This document shows, piece after piece, positions 59,859 through 64,000 of a stretch of DNA of 64,000 bases. A model generated the notes under the pieces. It searched no databases. It was not told where the DNA came from and saw nothing but the letters and a program-made list of their open reading frames with translations. A program made the translations under genes and the position numbers. The DNA comes from Spirochaetia bacterium. Its GTDB lineage: Bacteria; Spirochaetota; Spirochaetia; SZUA-6; Bin103. Position 1 is the first letter of the stretch; every line of letters starts with the position of its first letter. The DNA lies in the NCBI GenBank assembly GCA_965198005.1, contig CBDAOI010000004.1, positions 1,888,001 to 1,952,000 of the forward strand, read 5' to 3'.

Positions 59859-59876
59859 CGGCCCGCAACGATCTGC

Positions 59877-60812
59877 ATGGCAACGACCCGTGAGTTGCGC
59901 AAGCGGATTCGCAGCATCCGCAACCTGTCGCAGGTGACCCGCGCAATGGAGATGGTGGCCGCCTCGCGCATGCGCCGCGCCCAGGAGCAGGTGGCCGCGT
60001 CCCGCCCCTACGCCGCCAAGGCGTGGGAGCTGCTGACCCAGCTTGCCACCCAGCAGGCGGTGATCGACGTTCCCGCACCGCTCCTGACCGGCCGCGATCC
60101 GGTGCGCGCGGTGGTGCTGATCCTGATTTCGGGCGACCGCGGGCTGGCCGGCGCCTACAACGGGTCGGTGCTCCGCGCCGCGCGCGTGTTCATGGAGCGC
60201 CAGCACGGTCCCGAGCGGCGCCTGATCACCGTCGGCCGCAAGGGGCGCGACGCGATGCTGCGCGCCGGGCAGGTCATCGAGGCCGAGTTCGGAGACCTGC
60301 CCGACCGTCCCGGCGAGATGGACGTGGCGCCGATCGCGCGGCGCGCTACCGACGGCTTCCTGAGCGGCGCCAGCGACGCGGTGTTCATCGCCTACACCGA
60401 CTTCCTCAACGTGCTGCGCCAGGAACCGCAGGTGCGGCGGCTGTTGCCGCTGCATCCGCTGGAGCTGGACGCGGAGCCGGTGCGCGGCGAGCGTACCCCG
60501 GTGATGGCCCGCTATCTGCGCGCCACGCCGCCGCCGCTGGCCGGCGGCTACAGCTACGAGCCGGCCATGGAGGATCTGCTGGAGCAGGTGGTGCGCCGGT
60601 TCGTGGAGCTGCAGATCTATCAGGCGGTGGTGGAGTCGCTGGCGAGCGAGCATGCCGCGCGCATGGTCGCCATGCGCCAAGCCACGGACAACGCCAACGA
60701 CCTGCTGAAGGACCTGAGGATGAGCTACAACAAGTTGCGCCAACAGTCGATCACGGAGGAGATGCTGGACATCGCGGGCGGCGCGGAAGCGCTGGCCGCG
60801 GCGGCCCGGTGA
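59877..60812 (+). CDS. atpG: F1 subunit gamma
   Basis: VTRAMEMVAAS, DRGLAGAYN, SEHAARMVAM, RQQSITEE. Confidence 0.97.
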   Translation: MATTRELRKRIRSIRNLSQVTRAMEMVAASRMRRAQEQVAASRPYAAKAWELLTQLATQQAVIDVPAPLLTGRDPVRAVVLILISGDRGLAGAYNGSVLRAARVFMERQHGPERRLITVGRKGRDAMLRAGQVIEAEFGDLPDRPGEMDVAPIARRATDGFLSGASDAVFIAYTDFLNVLRQEPQVRRLLPLHPLELDAEPVRGERTPVMARYLRATPPPLAGGYSYEPAMEDLLEQVVRRFVELQIYQAVVESLASEHAARMVAMRQATDNANDLLKDLRMSYNKLRQQSITEEMLDIAGGAEALAAAAR

Positions 60813-62273
<1,461 letters not shown>

Positions 62274-62275
62274 CC

Positions 62276-62689
62276 ATGAGCACCCTGCGGCTCGAGCTCC
62301 TCACCATCGAACGCCAGCTCCTCGACGAGCAGGTGAACATGGTGATCGCCCCGGGGGCGGACGGCGTGGTCGGCATTCTGCCGCATCACCAGCCGCTGCT
62401 TACCGCCCTGCAGCACGGCGAACTGATCATCCGCGTGGACGGGAAGGCCGACCGCTACGTCGCCATCGGCGGGGGCGTGATGCAGGTGCTGCCCGACCAC
62501 GTGGTAGTGCTGGCCGACCGCGCCGAGCATGCCGAGGAGATCGACCTGGCGCTGGCCGAGGAAGCGCACCGGCGGGCGGTGGAATCGCTGGAACGCGGTC
62601 CCACCGGGATGGAGCTGGGCCACGCCCGCGAAGTGGCGCGCCACTCGGCGGTTCGGCTGGCGGTGGCGCGCCGGTACCGCGGTCGTTGA
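62276..62689 (+). CDS. atpC: F1 subunit epsilon
   Basis: [25 protein letters not shown]. Confidence 0.95.
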   Translation: MSTLRLELLTIERQLLDEQVNMVIAPGADGVVGILPHHQPLLTALQHGELIIRVDGKADRYVAIGGGVMQVLPDHVVVLADRAEHAEEIDLALAEEAHRRAVESLERGPTGMELGHAREVARHSAVRLAVARRYRGR

Positions 62690-64000
62690 TGGCGGCGAAT
62701 CCCGTGACCGAGACGCTTGATCCCACCGTCCTGGCCGACTGGCAGATCGCCGAGGCCGCGGCCCGGCGCATGAAGACCGTGCAGCAGCTCGGCGCGGAGC
62801 TGCAGTTGCAGCCGGCGGAGGTGCTGCCGTACGGCCACCACGTCGGCAAGCTCGACTACGCCCGCATCCTGGAGCGGCTGGCGGGGCAGCCCACCGGCCG
62901 CTACGTCAACGTGACCGCGATCACGCCGACGCCGCTCGGCGAAGGCAAGACCACCACCACGATGGGGCTGGTGCAGGGGCTGGCCGCGATCGGGCGGCGG
63001 GTGGTGGGCACCATTCGCCAGCCGTCGGGCGGCCCGACCTTCAACATCAAGGGATCGGCCGCGGGCGGCGGCTTGGCGCAGTGCATTCCGCTCACCGACC
63101 TCAGCCTCGGCCTGACCGGCGACATCGACGCCGTCACCAACGCTCACAACCTGGCGCTGGTGGCGCTCACGGCCCGCCTGCAGCACGAGGCCAACTACGG
63201 CGACAAGGCGCTGGCGCGCCGCAAGCTGCGCCGCCTCGCCATCGACCCGCGCACCGTGACCATGGGCTGGGCGCTCGACTTCAGTGCGCAGGCGCTGCGC
63301 GAAATCGTGATCGGGCTCGGCGGCCGGATGGACGGGGTGCCGATGCGCAGCGGGTTCCAGATCTCGGTGTCGTCGGAAGTGATGGCGATTCTGGCGGTGG
63401 CCACCGATCTGGCCGATCTGCGCGCGCGGCTGGGCCGCATCGTGCTCGCGCACGGGCACGACGGCAGCCCGGTGACCACCGCCGACCTGGAGGTGGACGG
63501 CGCGATGGCCGCGCTCATGGCGCGCGCGATCAACCCCAACCTGATGCAGACCCTCGAGGGGCAGCCGGTGCTGGTGCACGCCGGCCCGTTCGCCAACATC
63601 GCGCTCGGACAGTCGTCGATCATCGCCGACCGGGTGGGGCTCAAGCTGGCCGACTACTTGGTCACGGAGAGCGGCTTCGGCGCCGACATCGGCTTCGAGA
63701 AGTTCTGGAACCTGAAGTGCCGGGCCGGCGGACTGGTGCCGAACTGCTCGGTGGTCGTGTGCACGCTCCGGGCGCTCAAGATGCACGGCGGCGGCCCGCG
63801 GGTGGTGCCGGGGCGGCCGCTCGACCGCGCCTATACCGAGGCCGCCCCCGAGCTGGTGGAGCGCGGCGTGGCGAACCTGGCGGCGCACGTGGCCACGGTG
63901 CGCAGGAGCGGGGTGCCGGCGGTGGTGTGCGTCAACCACTTCCACACCGACACCGACGCCGAGGTCGCCGTGGTGGACGAGGCCGCGCGGGCGCTGGGCG
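62689..64000 (+). CDS. fhs: Formate--tetrahydrofolate ligase, partial (runs off window edge)
   Basis: Manual translation: [52 protein letters not shown] overlap with atpC. Confidence 0.95.
   Translation, partial: MAANPVTETLDPTVLADWQIAEAAARRMKTVQQLGAELQLQPAEVLPYGHHVGKLDYARILERLAGQPTGRYVNVTAITPTPLGEGKTTTTMGLVQGLAAIGRRVVGTIRQPSGGPTFNIKGSAAGGGLAQCIPLTDLSLGLTGDIDAVTNAHNLALVALTARLQHEANYGDKALARRKLRRLAIDPRTVTMGWALDFSAQALREIVIGLGGRMDGVPMRSGFQISVSSEVMAILAVATDLADLRARLGRIVLAHGHDGSPVTTADLEVDGAMAALMARAINPNLMQTLEGQPVLVHAGPFANIALGQSSIIADRVGLKLADYLVTESGFGADIGFEKFWNLKCRAGGLVPNCSVVVCTLRALKMHGGGPRVVPGRPLDRAYTEAAPELVERGVANLAAHVATVRRSGVPAVVCVNHFHTDTDAEVAVVDEAARALG

Overview
High-GC bacterial chromosomal window. 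The gene order (infC-rpmI-rplT-zapB-zapA, TPR, PilZ-like, tsaE-tsaB, GH3-GNAT) and the 'LWA-G-EE'-type signal peptides suggest a Spirochaetota genome; this is inferred from recognition, not from a search. Housekeeping blocks: urea/amide ABC operon urtABCD with a sigma-54 promoter, his genes, MrfAB-type repair pair, tsaEB, infC-rpmI-rplT, metXW, secG, an F-type ATP synthase operon coupled to fhs. Two accessory zones stand out. (1) 10.4-14.4 kb is a pile of fused gene fragments around an internally deleted IS1595-family element. (2) 37.4-55.4 kb holds four tandem ATPase-less family-5 (Opp/Dpp-like) SBP-permease-permease units. In this array the permease-C 3' tail recurs five times, each followed by different toxin-antitoxin, nuclease or transposase cargo. 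A block duplicated about 11 kb apart ends at C20 and C16 homopolymers, each upstream of a different SBP gene. Many accessory genes show clean internal deletions at short direct repeats, and every recognisable toxin is broken while its antitoxin is open. No rRNA, tRNA, CRISPR array, integrase or reverse transcriptase was seen. Assembly artefacts in the repetitive zone cannot be excluded without reads.
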